The notes under the pieces: generated by a model | Databases searched by the model: none | What the model saw: the letters and a program-made list of their open reading frames with translations, nothing else | Told to the model about the DNA's origin: nothing | Shown here: piece by piece, positions 38,201 through 51,376 of the stretch | How positions within the stretch are numbered: the first letter of the stretch is position 1 | How the letters are laid out: each line of letters starts with the position of its first letter | From: Octopus bimaculoides | Lineage: Eukaryota | DNA: 63,909 nt | Assembly: GCF_001194135.2 (NCBI RefSeq) | Contig: NC_068981.1 | Span: 151,966,913 to 152,030,821 of the forward strand | Direction of reading: 5' to 3' | Program-made: the position numbers and the translations under genes

Positions 38201-40552
38201 ATTATGAATTATACAATACAATTAATCATAACTTAGAAACATTTCTAAAAGTGTTGGACATTTAAAATGGGGTTGTTCTCTTTTAATATTAGTTTCTAAT
38301 GTCACTACACTGCTACACTTGGAGAAAGTTTATAACAAATATAGCATCCCCAATGTTTGACTGGCACTTCCTTTTATCAACTCTGGAAGGATGAAAGGCA
38401 AAATATGCTCAAGTAACATTAACTTCATAATTGCTGTTTTAACACCACCTTCAAGTACTGAAGATATACCAACAAATTACCAAAATAGTGCTATTTTAAA
38501 TATCAACATAAAATAAATGATATTATATGAATGTTTAGAAACCTGGAAGATATTTAAATATTATACTAAAGCAGACATAATGAACAATAAATAAACATTA
38601 TCATGCAATATTACATATAAAGAAGTAAAGCAGTGAATAATGAGTATATACATATAAAACAATAGACATGTACATATATTATACTCATATATTAAAGCAA
38701 AGTAGTTATTAAAATTATCAAAAGAAGCATATATTTTCAATTACAAATTCTGAAAACTGAAATGAATTTTCAACAAAGCAACTTGATTAATAGTGCATTA
38801 GCAAACATAAAAATGTAAATAATAACAAAAAAAAAAAACAATCTTCCAAATATTGTACTCTTAAACAGCATGATTGCAAAATGTTGTATTCTAAAAAAAT
38901 ATGCTGTCCTTAAAAAGCATTTATTTAATTCACTAATTGTCAATTAAGATAAAAAATCTTTTTTTGTTCAATACTATTTTACTTATTAAAGTAAGCATTA
39001 CAAAGTTCTACATATTCATTGCTTACTTTCCAAACTATTTGATAACTTTGTTTCATGGTTTGCATTATTTTTTTTCTTTCCATCCCCATTTATATCAACT
39101 CACAATGTTTATTTATACCATTCATTGTAGCTCCATTTCTTCTATATTTATATTTTACTGTGACTCCATTTCTTTGTTATTTACATTTCAACATCCAATT
39201 AAATTTGATATCACTCCTTTGTATAAAGCGTTAAATGAAAAATTGAAGTATCACACTTTAAAGGGTGATTAACTTTATCATACTTCAAAGGATTTTTAAC
39301 TTATATCAAAGTTTATCCATTGCTTTCTTACTTCATAAGGTAAAATACTAGAAATTTTAATTAAACTAATAAAATAAATTCTATAAAACTAATAATTGAC
39401 AAAAATAATTCAAATAACAATGTCAGTTTTGTAAGCAATTAGTAAAGCACAAATGCAAGCATTAGATTTAACATTTTAAAACGAGGGTAAAATAAAAGAA
39501 TCATTCATTTCTATTCTATTAAGGATAAATATTTATCAGTAAATTGCATGTTATACAATTTTATTTTCAATTCAGTTTTACACAAAACTTTGTCTTGTGT
39601 GTATTCAAAAGTAACCACAACACATGTAACTACTGAACTACGAATTCTAATATTAATTTGATATTCTAATAAGGTAAGGAAAATGTTCTTTATTTGGGAA
39701 ACGAAATTTTACCTAGTATTTTCTATATTCTATATAACTTCTACCATATTCATGCTATCAAATTATTCATAAAAGTGAAACCGAGCTGATATAAACTTCT
39801 ACTTACCTGTTATTCATGAGCCTATGAAACTTAGCAAACAACCACAGACATACCAATTATCAACTAATATTTTGCTATTTCATATTACACATGCTCATAG
39901 AAAATTCACTGAAATCTTAAAATTACAAAATTGGACTTCAAGAACTATCATATGTTTTCTTGAAACATCTAAATGTTGTGATTATTTAGTCAAATATTTG
40001 CATAGTTCAACATTTCATAACCAAATAACTTAAACTAAAAATATAAAGACTAGTAGATTACACATAATAAAAACTGATATACCCTATTTAATCAACAGGT
40101 AATAATTTAAATTTAACACTATATAATTTCAAATATATGTACACACATGTTCATGCATGCACACACACATACACACAAATATGTACTGCTGTTTTATCTA
40201 GGTCCACAAAGATGCAGTCATCAATTTTCAATAAACTAAAGTAGCAATTGTAGATCTAGCATTCCAATAGTTTTATACCATGTATGTGCATGCACGTACA
40301 CATGTGTATGCATACACGTGTGTGTTTGTGTGCATGTTTGTGTAACTTGTATATTATAGATGTCTAAGTAAACACAAAACAGTCATGATAATCTGACTAC
40401 AATCTCAATTCCATATACACAAGCCTACTGATAATATTAAATATCTACTTTAATAATTTGTTAACCTATATATGGATTTAATGCACTACTTTCTCTTTAC
40501 TTTCTTTATAAGTTTGTATTAAACATGATTTTACTGGTCAAATCACAAATAT

Positions 40553-40598
<46 letters not shown>

Positions 40599-40906
40599 TA
40601 GCTATATAATGCATGTATACATATTAAAAGAAACATACATATGTAATACAAATACATGAATACACACTCCAAATGTTCAATCCAAGCAGAAAAGATGATT
40701 TTGGCAAAATATGGCAAAAGTCTTTCAATCCCAAACAGTAAAGCCAATATAGGTGTATGGTGTATTTTTATGATCAAGCTTATAATATATCAAACTCAGT
40801 TGTTCATTATCATGCAAAGTCAAAAGTATTTAATCTGGATGGGTGATTGGTGTATATTAGTAGTCTTCAATAATATATCTCACGAACTCAAGCACTAGTA
40901 TCTCAC

Positions 40907-41209
40907 CTTTTGTCTGGTAATATAGAACTGGTGATGAAGGTATTGTATGACCTAGTGGATGTTCTCCACGGACGCGAAACATATAGTCTTTCGATTTAGA
41001 AAGACCTGTTACTTTGTATTTTGTGTCAGTTACACCACTTGCAACTGTTGACCAGTCATATTTAGGTGGCTCCTGTTTTTCAATCATAAATGTCAGTTGT
41101 TTGTCTCCTCCTAAAACAGCAGGTACATCAACACGAGCCCATCTTAAAGCAAGTGATTCATGGTCAACATCTGTTATCTCTGGTCGTTGAGCTGGAGCAC
41201 GTTGTATAA
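40907..41209 (-). CDS. FN3 domain exon 12 (303 nt; last exon I can assign to this gene)
   Basis: IQRAPAQRPEITDVDHESLALRWARVDVPAVLGGDKQLTFMIEKQEPPKYDW...DYMFRVRGEHPLGHTIPSSPVLYYQTK; tttatag acceptor, G|gtgag donor; phase 1-1. The ORF track captures only its 3' part. Confidence 0.92.
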
Positions 41210-42500
41210 CTATAAAAAATAGTGATGATGGAAGTATGTAGAGAACATAAATATTTTACAAATTAACATATTCAGAATATTTATTACAATTTTTGACTTC
41301 AGAAATCATGTAATCAACAATTTGAGAATATAATGAATGTATAATTTTTTATTTTTGTTTGCATTGGAGAACTCTAATGATTTTCACAAATGTGAAGATA
41401 TATATATAATGATGTGTGTGTTTGTGTATGTTTACAGGTGATGAAACTCAGAGAAAAATTACTTTTAACTGGATTTTAACTTTCACCTGATGTTTTTCAT
41501 TAACAAATTTCCCAGCCCACCTTCAGAAGACAAAATTAAAGGGGAACAACTATTCTACCCTGCTACCAGGAGGAAAACAAAAGAAAAGAAAACTAGATAC
41601 TAAGTAGATGATACAACACTAAATCAATATATAACCATACATGTAAAAAATACAATTTGAATTTTAAAACATCTGCTACATTAAAAATAGTTAAAAGGCT
41701 ATCAAGATTATGCTTAAAATATAAATATCTATTAGTAGTATCCATAGAAATTCTACTCCCTAAACTTCTCCCCACTTGGGAATATATCATGTCATTTCCT
41801 TCATAATCCATTAATTACTTTCTGGGAAATCTTGTCTATTCTCCTTGATCATCTTTTCTCTTATAGCCGATTACCTCATTGTAATGAAAGGCAAATTTTT
41901 CTTGCTTTTCATTATCGTTCAGATTTGCCTTTTTTCTTGATTAACGATTCTCATTCTTTTCCTATTAGCTTCAACGTCATCTTTTGTCATACAACACCTT
42001 CTAGCTCAATTTTTACCATCTTTTGTCATACCATCTTTTGTCATACAACACCTTCTAGCTCAATTTTATTCCTGTCCTCCTGAGTTGATAGTTCTCACTG
42101 TTACTGATCTCTTTATTCTTAATTCTTATTTCTTCTCTTCGACCTTTCCCCAATTTTTCCCTATATTTTCTCTACCTCTCAATTCATTTCTAGTTGTACT
42201 CAATGATCATTACCTGCCATAACACACCAAATTGTTTTGGTAATAAAATAATTGAAGAAGTAATTGATATTGTATACTTGGTAACACCGTTATCAAGGAT
42301 ATAGTGTTAAACATCTTGTGTGAAGAAAGTTAGGAACATGGTTATTAATATGAGGTAGTTGGAAAAACTCTGTATCTACATTTGCACATACACATACAAA
42401 TCCAGATGGTATGCACACATATACATGTATCCTTCACTCTCTCATACATACAGTTAATTATCATCTGTGTCTGTGTACCATCTTGTTATGCGTATGAATA

Positions 42501-42715
42501 AGGCAATGAACTGACAGAATCATTAGCATGCTGGACAAAATGCTTAGCAGCATTTTGTCTGTCTTTATGTTCTGAGTTCAAATTGTGCCAGAGTTGACTT
42601 TGCCTTTCATCCTTTCAGGGTCAATAAAATAAGAACCAGTCAAACACTGGGGTCGATGAAATTGACTTATCCCAACCCAATAAAATTTTAGGTTTTGTGC
42701 CTATAGTAGAAAGAG
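42501..42715 (+). mobile_element. Family A SINE
   Basis: gaactgacagaatcattagcatgctggacaaaatgcttagc...ctgagttcaaattgtgcc...ggggtcgat. Confidence 0.8.
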
Positions 42716-42942
42716 TTATGTGTGTGAGCGTGTGTATGTGCTAGTAGCATTTATTTGAATCTCATTTGTTTTATCACAAACACACATTTACTATTCAGTT
42801 TCTACAGTTTAACATAATTTTATACCACAGGAATCAATAATTAGGACTTAAATATAAGATATTTAAATAACATATGCCAAAAATAGTTATATTATCTAAA
42901 TAGAAAAATCCTATATTTAAAGTATAACAAATAAGTTCAAAC

Positions 42943-43245
42943 CTGCAGATCTGTAAAGAGCTACTGGATGTGAAGCCTCTAGACTTTCTCCAGACATTGT
43001 TTCAGGCTTGATTCGAAAATGATAATCACAGCTAGGTTTCAAGCCTGTGATTTTGTAGTAATTATCAGTGACTCTTGTTGCATAACTTCTCCATTGATGA
43101 CTTGGATATTCCCGAATTTCAATTGTATATCGCAACTGAATATTTGTTTTATAAGGTGAAATATAAAGCCGGCGCCATGATATCCAGACAGATTGTGGTT
43201 CAATACCATACAATTGAGGTCGTTCAATGGGGCATTGTGGAACAA
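42943..43245 (-). CDS. FN3 domain exon 11 (303 nt)
   Basis: VPQCPIERPQLYGIEPQSVWISW...YTIEIREYPSHQW...LKPSCDYHFRIKPE...EASHPVALYRSA; ttttag acceptor and a weaker G|gtttg donor; phase 1-1. Confidence 0.9.
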
Positions 43246-43756
43246 CTAAAACATAAAATGTAAAAGACAGGTTACTTAAGCAAATAAAATTTCAACTTGA
43301 TTAAAATTTTGTTATTTTTTAAAAATCAGATATAAATTATGCTCTGAATATTTTTGTCATGAATGATATACTTAGAACCTCTTTCTCTTCTTTGAACAAG
43401 GAGATGATAGGAGGGTAATAACTGGTTATACCACAATTAATAAAGAATATTCTCTTTTCATGCAGGAAACTACACAAAATCTTATATTTCAGTTCAAAAA
43501 AGAAAAAAAGAAAAAAAATATTCCAGATGACAATATCATTTCAGGTTAAGAATTCGCTTATATCAGAATTATTTATACAATTTAGGAAAGTTATACAGCT
43601 AGAAAAAGACACCCTATTAGAATGGTAAGTCTTAATTCATAAATGATATTAAAAATTTGGAATCTCTTTATGTTGTCTCCCACTTTATTCTACGTATACA
43701 ACATATCCCACATCTATTAGTGCACGCTACATTTGCCACCATTAAATGCTCTCCCT

Positions 43757-43795
<39 letters not shown>

Positions 43796-43957
43796 ACATA
43801 TCATCATCATCATTTAATATCCATATTCCATGGTGGCATGGGTTAGACAGCTTGACAAGAACCAATGTGTCCAAGGTCTGCATTGAGCTTCAATGTCTGC
43901 TTTGGTATGGGTTTTATGGGTGGATGCCCTATGTATATCTCTGTTTGTCTACATATG

Positions 43958-44075
<118 letters not shown>

Positions 44076-44170
44076 CATGCATACATATATATATACATAC
44101 ATACATATATATATACATACATACATATATATATACATACATATATATACATATATATATAATTTTAGTG

Positions 44171-45232
44171 TATTTAGTATAATTATCATAATTAGAACTA
44201 CTTAAATAATGTCACAATGAAATAGTTAACTGTTAGACAGGTGCTTACAAAAATTAATTCATGAATTACGCAAAGTTAAATATTTCCAGATACACAAACA
44301 TAAAAATGTAAAAGGAAAGGTTTAAAACTCCAATACATATATCTGTATATGTGTGTNNNNNNNNNNNNNNNNNNNNNNNNNNNNNNNNNNNNNNNNNNNN
44401 NNNNNNNNNNNNNNNNNNNNNNNNNNNNNNNNNNNNNNNNNNNNNNNNNNNNNNNNNNNNNNNNNNNNNNNNNNNNNNNNNNNNNNNNNNNNNNNNNNNN
44501 NNNNNNNNNNNNNNNNNNNNNNNNNNNNNNNNNNNNNNNNNNNNNNNNNNNNNAAGCGAAAGCAAAATCGGGATGGCACCTGTGCCTAGCGTCGCCTTTC
44601 TAGCACTTGTGCCCACAACATGTGTAAGAACTTTTAAGCGAGATCGTTGCCAGTGCCCCTGGACTGACTCTTGTGCAGGTGGCACATAAAATACACCATT
44701 TTGAGCATGACCATTGCCAGTATCGCCTGACTGGCCTTCGTGCAAGTGACACATAAAAGCACTAACTACACTCTCAGAGTGGTTGGCGTTAGGAAGGGCA
44801 TCCAGCTATAGAAACTCTGCTAAATCAGATTGGAGCCTGGTGTAGCCTTCGGGCTCCACCAGTCCTCAGCCAAATCGTCCAACCCATGCTAGCATGGAAA
44901 GCGGACGTTAAACGATAATGATGATGATGATATGTGTGTGTGTGTATGTGTGTATGTGTGTGTGTGTATGTGTGTATGTGTGTGTGTGTGTGTGTGTGTA
45001 TGTGTGTATGTGTGTGTGTGTGTGTGTGTGTACATACATTTATGTATACATATATATAGATATATGTATTGAAGTTTTAAACCTTTTTTTTGTATTTATA
45101 TGTTTGTGTATCTGGAAATATATTTAACTTTGCCTAATTCATGAATTAATTTTTGTAAGCACCTGTTCAACAGTTAACTATTTCATTGTGACATTATTTA
45201 AGTAGTTCTAATTATGATAACTATACTAAATA
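44171..45232. repeat. Inverted repeat arms of about 180 bp (44171-44343 / 45060-45232) around a gap and an RTE-tail copy
   Basis: The reverse complement of 45060-45232 matches 44171-44343 closely (ataattagaactacttaaataatgtcacaatgaaatagttaactgtt...caggtgcttacaaaaattaattcatgaatt). Confidence 0.88.
44554..44930 (+). mobile_element. Relatively young RTE-tail/SINE copy (CpGs retained)
   Basis: ggttggcgttaggaagggcatccagc...ccaacccatgctagcatggaaagcggacgttaaacgat(aat)gatgat, nearly identical to 1-162. Confidence 0.8.
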
Positions 45233-45321
45233 TGCTATATTTGTTGCACCATTCTAAGTCAAGGCTCTAACCACTCAATCATCACTCTGTCTCCATTATT
45301 AGAATCCTGTGAGATACTTAC

Positions 45322-45615
45322 CTCTACTTCGACTGTATGACATAGGAATTGATGGTTCAATAACAGAACTAGAACCTGTCTCAGCTCGAACTCGAAATAA
45401 GTAGTTACGTTTTGGTTTTAAGTCTGTTAATTTGTAAGTGGTACTCCTCACACCGCCAACCACACGCTTCCATTCTCTTGAAGGAAGTTCTTGTGATTCA
45501 ATAGCATATGTGTAATCTTTTCCAACAGAAGGTGCTCTTGTTGGTCTCCAAGACAGCTGAAAGCCTTTAGATTGGATATCAACTATCTCAGGGGTTTCAA
45601 TAGGTCGTTTGTATT
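45322..45615 (-). CDS. FN3 domain exon 10 (294 nt)
   Basis: YKRPIETPEIVDIQSKGFQLSW...YAIESQELPSREW...LKPKRNYLFRVRAETGSSSVIEPSIPMSYSRSR; tttcag acceptor, G|gtaag donor; phase 1-1. Confidence 0.92.
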
Positions 45616-46206
45616 CTGAAACAAATTCAATGTTATAATAATAATATAACTTGTGTAGCAATTAAACTGAACTTTATTTTAAATCAGAATAATAGAATTA
45701 ATTTATACTTGATGAACAAAATGAAGTAAATTAATGTTTCTTTTTCATATATTTTGTAAAAAGTGTAACAAAGCACTCCATTCTGATATAATGTTGAAAA
45801 TAATTTTAAAAGGCTTAATTTAATTGTATTTAAAAGAAGCAGAAATTTCACAGGTCCCATTCAAAATTATTTATGTAAAAAACTTTACATGCTATCCTGT
45901 AGACCCATTTGGTTGTTTATTAAAAAACATGAAAGTTCACACCAACTACAGGCACTTAAAGATATGCTCTGATGAAAACATTCCTATTTATACTCAATTC
46001 TTAATAAAAACCTAAATGTAATTTTAAGAAAATCTTCATTTGCAAAAGTAGTGGGTTGATTTTCCCAGTTTAGTTAGTATTTTCCAATTTAACAAATAAC
46101 AATATTGTAAAACAATGAAATTAAATTTGTGGACACAAGTTGTGTGATTTTACTATATTTAATTTATAGAAGCACTTAAAAAATACAAAGGATGCATTTT
46201 TCTTAC

Positions 46207-46509
46207 GGGAGATGGCAGGAACCCTTATTGACATCGATGGTTCACTGACAGCAAATGGTGTCTCAGCTTGAATTCGAAAGATGTAATCTTTGTCAGTGCG
46301 TAATCCTGTTAAGTAGTATGACGTGTGTGGGATTTTAGTAACAAGTGGCCTCCATTTGGATGATGGAGAATCTTGAACATAAATACTATAAGTTATGGGT
46401 ATCTTGTCTCTTAAATATGATGGCAGGACTGCAACACGCCATGATAGGCGAAGGGATCCAGGCTGAACATCAGATATGAGTGGTTCTTCATGATGCATAC
46501 AAGGTGGAA
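46207..46509 (-). CDS. FN3 domain exon 9 (303 nt)
   Basis: PPCMHHEEPLISDVQPGSLRLSW...PITYSIYVQDSPSSKW...DKDYIFRIQAETPFAVSEPSMSIRVPAIS; ttttag acceptor, C|gtaag donor; phase 1-1. Confidence 0.92.
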
Positions 46510-46822
46510 CTAAAATAGAAGATCAATATAACATTATTATAATTTATATATATATATNNNNNNNNNNTAAACAGGAATAGTTATTCAAAGAATCAATCAG
46601 AGGAGCTCACAGTAAGCTGGTGTGCAGCTATCAAGGAAAACAGTGGTTGTGGCTAAGGTGTAGCTTCACTGACATTCTCATAATCCAGGAATCACAATGG
46701 GGAAGAGTATATAGCAATTAAAAGATAAGAAAAATGAGAGGAGAGATTCTATTTGCTGACAGCAATTAACAAACAGCTCTTTTCTCTCTGCTCTTATTTT
46801 GTTAATCATATATATATATCTA

Positions 46823-47581
46823 CCCCTTGCAGATTTGACTGAAGAGAATCAGATGCCTTTGGCACTAAATTTGAAATAATGATATCAAATTAACTGACAT
46901 TCCTCCTGCATCCTTGGCAGAGGTAAGATGCTACTCTTGTCCACTAAAATTTTTCTTATCACACCTGTATTAATTTAGTGATTTTTCTGTGGCTTAGAAG
47001 TATTTTGACCTCTATTTTTAGTGAAGCAGGTGCTTATGTAGTACCCTAGTAAATATAAATATATCTATATATCTTATATATCATTAATTTTGCCAAAACA
47101 GCTTCTATGCTCATCCCCACTAACGTTATTATTTTTAGGAATAATATCGTTCTTTTATATTTATAAATAATTTCACATGGTTCATTTGTTTCAATGGTGT
47201 TCAACCACTCAAACGAATTTACAGGCATGGTAGTAATGAATTCTAGTAGCTGTCCCTTGCAGATCTGACTGAAGAAAATCAGGTGCCTTTGGTGCTAAAT
47301 TCGAAATCATGATATCAAATTAACTGACATTACTCCTGCATCCTTGGCAGAGGTAAGACACTACTCTTGTACACTAAAATTTTTTCCTATCATACCTATA
47401 TTAATTTAGTGACTTTTCTGTGATTTAAAAGTATTTTGACTTCTATTTTTAGTGAAGCAAGTGCTTATGTAGTATCTTAGTGTATATACATATATTTATG
47501 TGTCTTATATATTATTAATTTTGCCTATACAGCTTTTATGCTTGCAGCCACTAACATTATTATCTTTAGGAATAATATCGC

Positions 47582-47590
<9 letters not shown>
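46823..47590. repeat. Intronic tandem duplication, about 340-bp units with 430-bp period
   Basis: 46823-47160 and 47253-47590 are similar along their length (cccttgcagat.tgactgaaga.aatcag...gcatccttggcagaggtaaga...ttaggaataatatcg). Confidence 0.9.
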
Positions 47591-47638
<48 letters not shown>

Positions 47639-48046
47639 TATATGCATACATACACACAACTAAATTAAAATATTCATCATAATTATACAAAAAAATGTAT
47701 CTTTGAATCTACAGTTGTAAATATGATTTATTTTAATAATTTAAAATTTTACATTTATAATGAATTTGCTTTTATATCAACTTTATCCAAACAGATTAAG
47801 AGATTCTCAAATTTCTTTTGATGTGACCCTATAAGAACAACTGTTGAGATAGAATGTTTCATTATTAAAAAGTGAAATAAAAATAATGCTAGATTATTAT
47901 TATAATAAGATCTTTTAAAGATTTTAATATTTCATGCAGTATAAATTTTAGATTAGAAAATGAAATAAAAACTAAATTATATGACCAGATTGCCTCAATT
48001 CTGGAATTTTAATTATTTTAAAATAAATCAGTATTTGATATCATAC

Positions 48047-48349
48047 CTGCTCTTTTTCTAAGGATTAATGCACCAGTTGGTTCACTGATACCAAATTCAT
48101 TTTCAGCTCTAATACGGATAGCATATTCTTTATTTGGATGTAGATTATCCAACTTGAAAGATGTTGTTGGTATACCTTTAGCAACAGTAATCCAGTGGCC
48201 AAAAGGTACTTCTTGTAACTCAATCCTGTAGGAAACTGGTGAATAATCAACAATTCTAGAGGGTATTTCAGCTGATCTCCAAGCTAATGATACTGAATCA
48301 GAAGTGATATCAACAACATAGGGTATGTCTTTAGTCATCCGTGGAGGTC
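48047..48349 (-). CDS. FN3 domain exon 8 (303 nt)
   Basis: PPRMTKDIPYVVDITSDSVSLAW...YRIELQEVPFGHW...LHPNKEYAIRIRAENEFGISEPTGALILRKRA; ttttacag acceptor, G|gtatg donor; phase 1-1. Confidence 0.92.
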
Positions 48350-48444
48350 CTGTAAAACATGGTAGATATTAAAGAATCTTTATATGTTTCATTACATCTT
48401 GGAAGATATTTGTAACTGTTACTATAAATGGATGCATTTGTGTA

Positions 48445-48493
<49 letters not shown>

Positions 48494-49378
48494 TAAACAT
48501 TTGATATCAATTTACAAGTTTAGGACAGTATGATCCTACTAACAAAATTCCCAAATTTAATGTTAAATAGGCATATATTTTTTTTCTTTTCTGATGATGT
48601 CATATGAGCCATGTATTGTTTACAAAAATACTTAATTCTTTTTTGTCATATAAAATTGCATCCATATTTTTTCAGCCAATTTGCAATATAAGTATTTCAT
48701 CGACCTTATTGTCATGTATTATTAATATCAAAACAAGATATTTCTAGAAGAATGTGCTGCGTGAGCAAAACAGTGGTTGTAGATTATTTATATAGGGTCA
48801 GTAGCTATTCAGAGTTAAAATATGCTGGTTTTTGAAAGGCAAACTTAGTTCTAGTAATGTGTGGTTTCCATAAAAATTTGAATTCTTTTGTTGTTAATTT
48901 TTAAGATAGTTCTTAATTATAATTTGTTCTTCAGTAAAAAAGTAGAAGCTTTACTGTTGCAAGAGTAGTTCCTAAGTTCCTACTTCATATCCTCATTCAA
49001 GGTAAAGATGTACATTCAGCAGGAAGTGTTTAGGTTGCATGCAGTTTCAGTCAATGTGAGGGAAATGAGAAAAGGGTGTGTATGTGAATGTCTGAGCATA
49101 TGTGAGTGTGCTTATGTGTGTGTTTATGTGTATTTGTGTATGTGTGTGTGTGTGTAGTTGTAGACAGTAAAGTCATATAGAAAACATAATTATCATGTGG
49201 ACTGAAAAAAAAAGTGGAATGCAAGAAAGCATAATCCATGAAATGTAATTGAGTATGCAATTAATAATGCTAAAATTAATAGTGGTGAGAAATAACAGCA
49301 GAAATTGAATAGAAATATGTGATTATTTCATTAAATTTCGATAACCTGTAACAATTAGTGAAAATAGTTTGAACATAC

Positions 49379-49681
49379 CTGCACGTCTAGCCAAATACAC
49401 AGGAAGTGTTGGCTCACTCAGATCTGATCCTATGTAAGCTCTAACACGGAACAAATAGTCTCGATCTGGTAAAAGACTTGATACCTGGTAACTTAGAGTA
49501 CTTATATCCCGAGCCAGAGGGTGCCATAATTCAGAAGGAGGTTCTTGAATTTCAATGATGTACAGTAATTGATTGAGGCTCTTTGAATAACCACGTGGTA
49601 ATCTGCCCTCTTTCCAGGACAGTTTTATAGATGTTGGGTGAATGTCAGAGATATGTGGTTCATACAAATCCATTTGAGGAA
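49379..49681 (-). CDS. FN3 domain exon 7 (303 nt)
   Basis: PQMDLYEPHISDIHPTSIKLSW...YIIEIQEPPSELW...LLPDRDYLFRVRAYIGSDLSEPTLPVYLARRA; ttttcag acceptor, G|gtatg donor; phase 1-1. Confidence 0.92.
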
Positions 49682-50390
49682 CTGAAAACAGAAAATATAT
49701 TACATCCTAGAGCATCTTCATTAAATTGACTTTAAACAGTTATTTTATTTATCAGATTTAATAATGCTGCATTTTTATCTTAATTTACAGTTAATTTTCA
49801 TGAAGCTATTTCTTAGTGAGAAGAATGATTTGCAATTTATTAATTTGGCATGAGCTGTTAGTAGCCTTAGGTTACTTGGGCAACAAGCTTTCTAAAGATT
49901 ATATGATAATTAGTTTTCCTCCTTCTACTTATTTTTATCATGTAACTCTTAAGTCTTTACTTTTTAGCTCAAAAATTTATTTCCAATATAATGTATGAAT
50001 CACATTAGAAATTGTTTGATCAGAATTGTATTATAAAGAATCAATGACTAATGTTTGTAAGCATTAAATTTTACATTATATTACAATATAATTTGATCCA
50101 CAAAAATTCATTCACTTTTTGTTTTTAGAATTAAATAATGGTACTTTCAAAAAAATGTAATTAATTCAGTACTTATATTCTGAAAGCTGAAAGCTTTTAG
50201 TGCAATTTTCATAAAATTAGTCTTCAAATAGTTTTGATAAAATGTGTTTAAAAACTTTCATTTTCATATCTTAATTATTATAAGCCTATCTTTTCTGTAT
50301 GATCATTAACATATTGTATATGCTACAGAAAATCCTAACTATACACTGAGTTATAATGTTAACTGGAAATCATATTTAAAATTGTCATAC

Positions 50391-50693
50391 CAGGTCTTCT
50401 TTGTAAAAGGACAGGGAATGTAGGTTCACTGATACCACTGTCAGTTTGAGCTTGAATCCTGAATCGATAATCTCGGTCAGGCTTTAAGCCAATCACCCTA
50501 TAGTTGAGCTGAGTTATTCTATTTGCCACTGGCATCCATTCCATACTTGGATATTCTTGCATAAATATGCTATATGTAATTGGAGAACGGAGGTGTTGAT
50601 AGGCTGGAACCTCAGCTGGCTTCCAAGATAGGTTAACAGAATCATTCCCAAAAGGTGAAAGGATAACATCTGTTCGGGAAAGTTTTGGTGGCA
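50391..50693 (-). CDS. FN3 domain exon 6 (303 nt)
   Basis: PPKLSRTDVILSPFGNDSVNLSW...PITYSIFMQEYPSMEW...LKPDRDYRFRIQAQTDSGISEPTFPVLLQRRP; tttgcag acceptor, G|gtatg donor; phase 1-1. Confidence 0.92.
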
Positions 50694-51076
50694 CTGCAAA
50701 GTAATTGGAGCATGAATTAATTGTAGAGTACATATACTTATAATCTTATCAAATATTTTTTTAATTGAACAAGAACAAAAAATTATCTGGAATCTAATAT
50801 ATCTATACATCTCATATTTTACTTACTTATATTCATTTTATTTGTTGTTGAGTTGTCATACAAGTGGAGCATAAGAATATTTTGTTTGAAAGGCTGACTT
50901 TGGTGCTGCCTGATTCTGATTTTAATTCAGTATTTATTCATTTAAGCATAAGTAATATATTTGAACAAAGGATAGAATTGAAATGGATATATCTTAATGA
51001 AAGTTACTTTCCTCAAGACTTATTCTGATGAAAACTACAAACATACAAGTAATAAATAAAACCCACAATTACTTAC

Positions 51077-51376
51077 TTGGTGTTCTATATAAGCCAATAG
51101 GTGGGGTTGGATCACTCAAACCTCCTTTTGTATTTGCACGAATCCTGAAAAAGTAATCATGATTTGGTGACAAATTTTTGATTCTGTAACTTGTTCCAGT
51201 TACTCCTCTGGCTATCTCATGCCAATGATATCCTGGTATGTCTTGTTGTTCAATAATATAATCAATCACTGGATACTCCACTTCATGTACTGGCTTTTTA
51301 ATTAGATTCCATCTTAACAACACATCAGGAAGTTCTTCATAGATTTCTAAATTATGGATTGGTGGCCTGATAGGAG
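51077..51376 (-). CDS. FN3 domain exon 5 (300 nt)
   Basis: PIRPPIHNLEIYEELPDVLLRW...YIIEQQDIPGYHW...LSPNHDYFFRIRANTKGGLSDPTPPIGLYRTP; ttttag acceptor, A|gtaag donor; phase 1-1. Confidence 0.92.
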
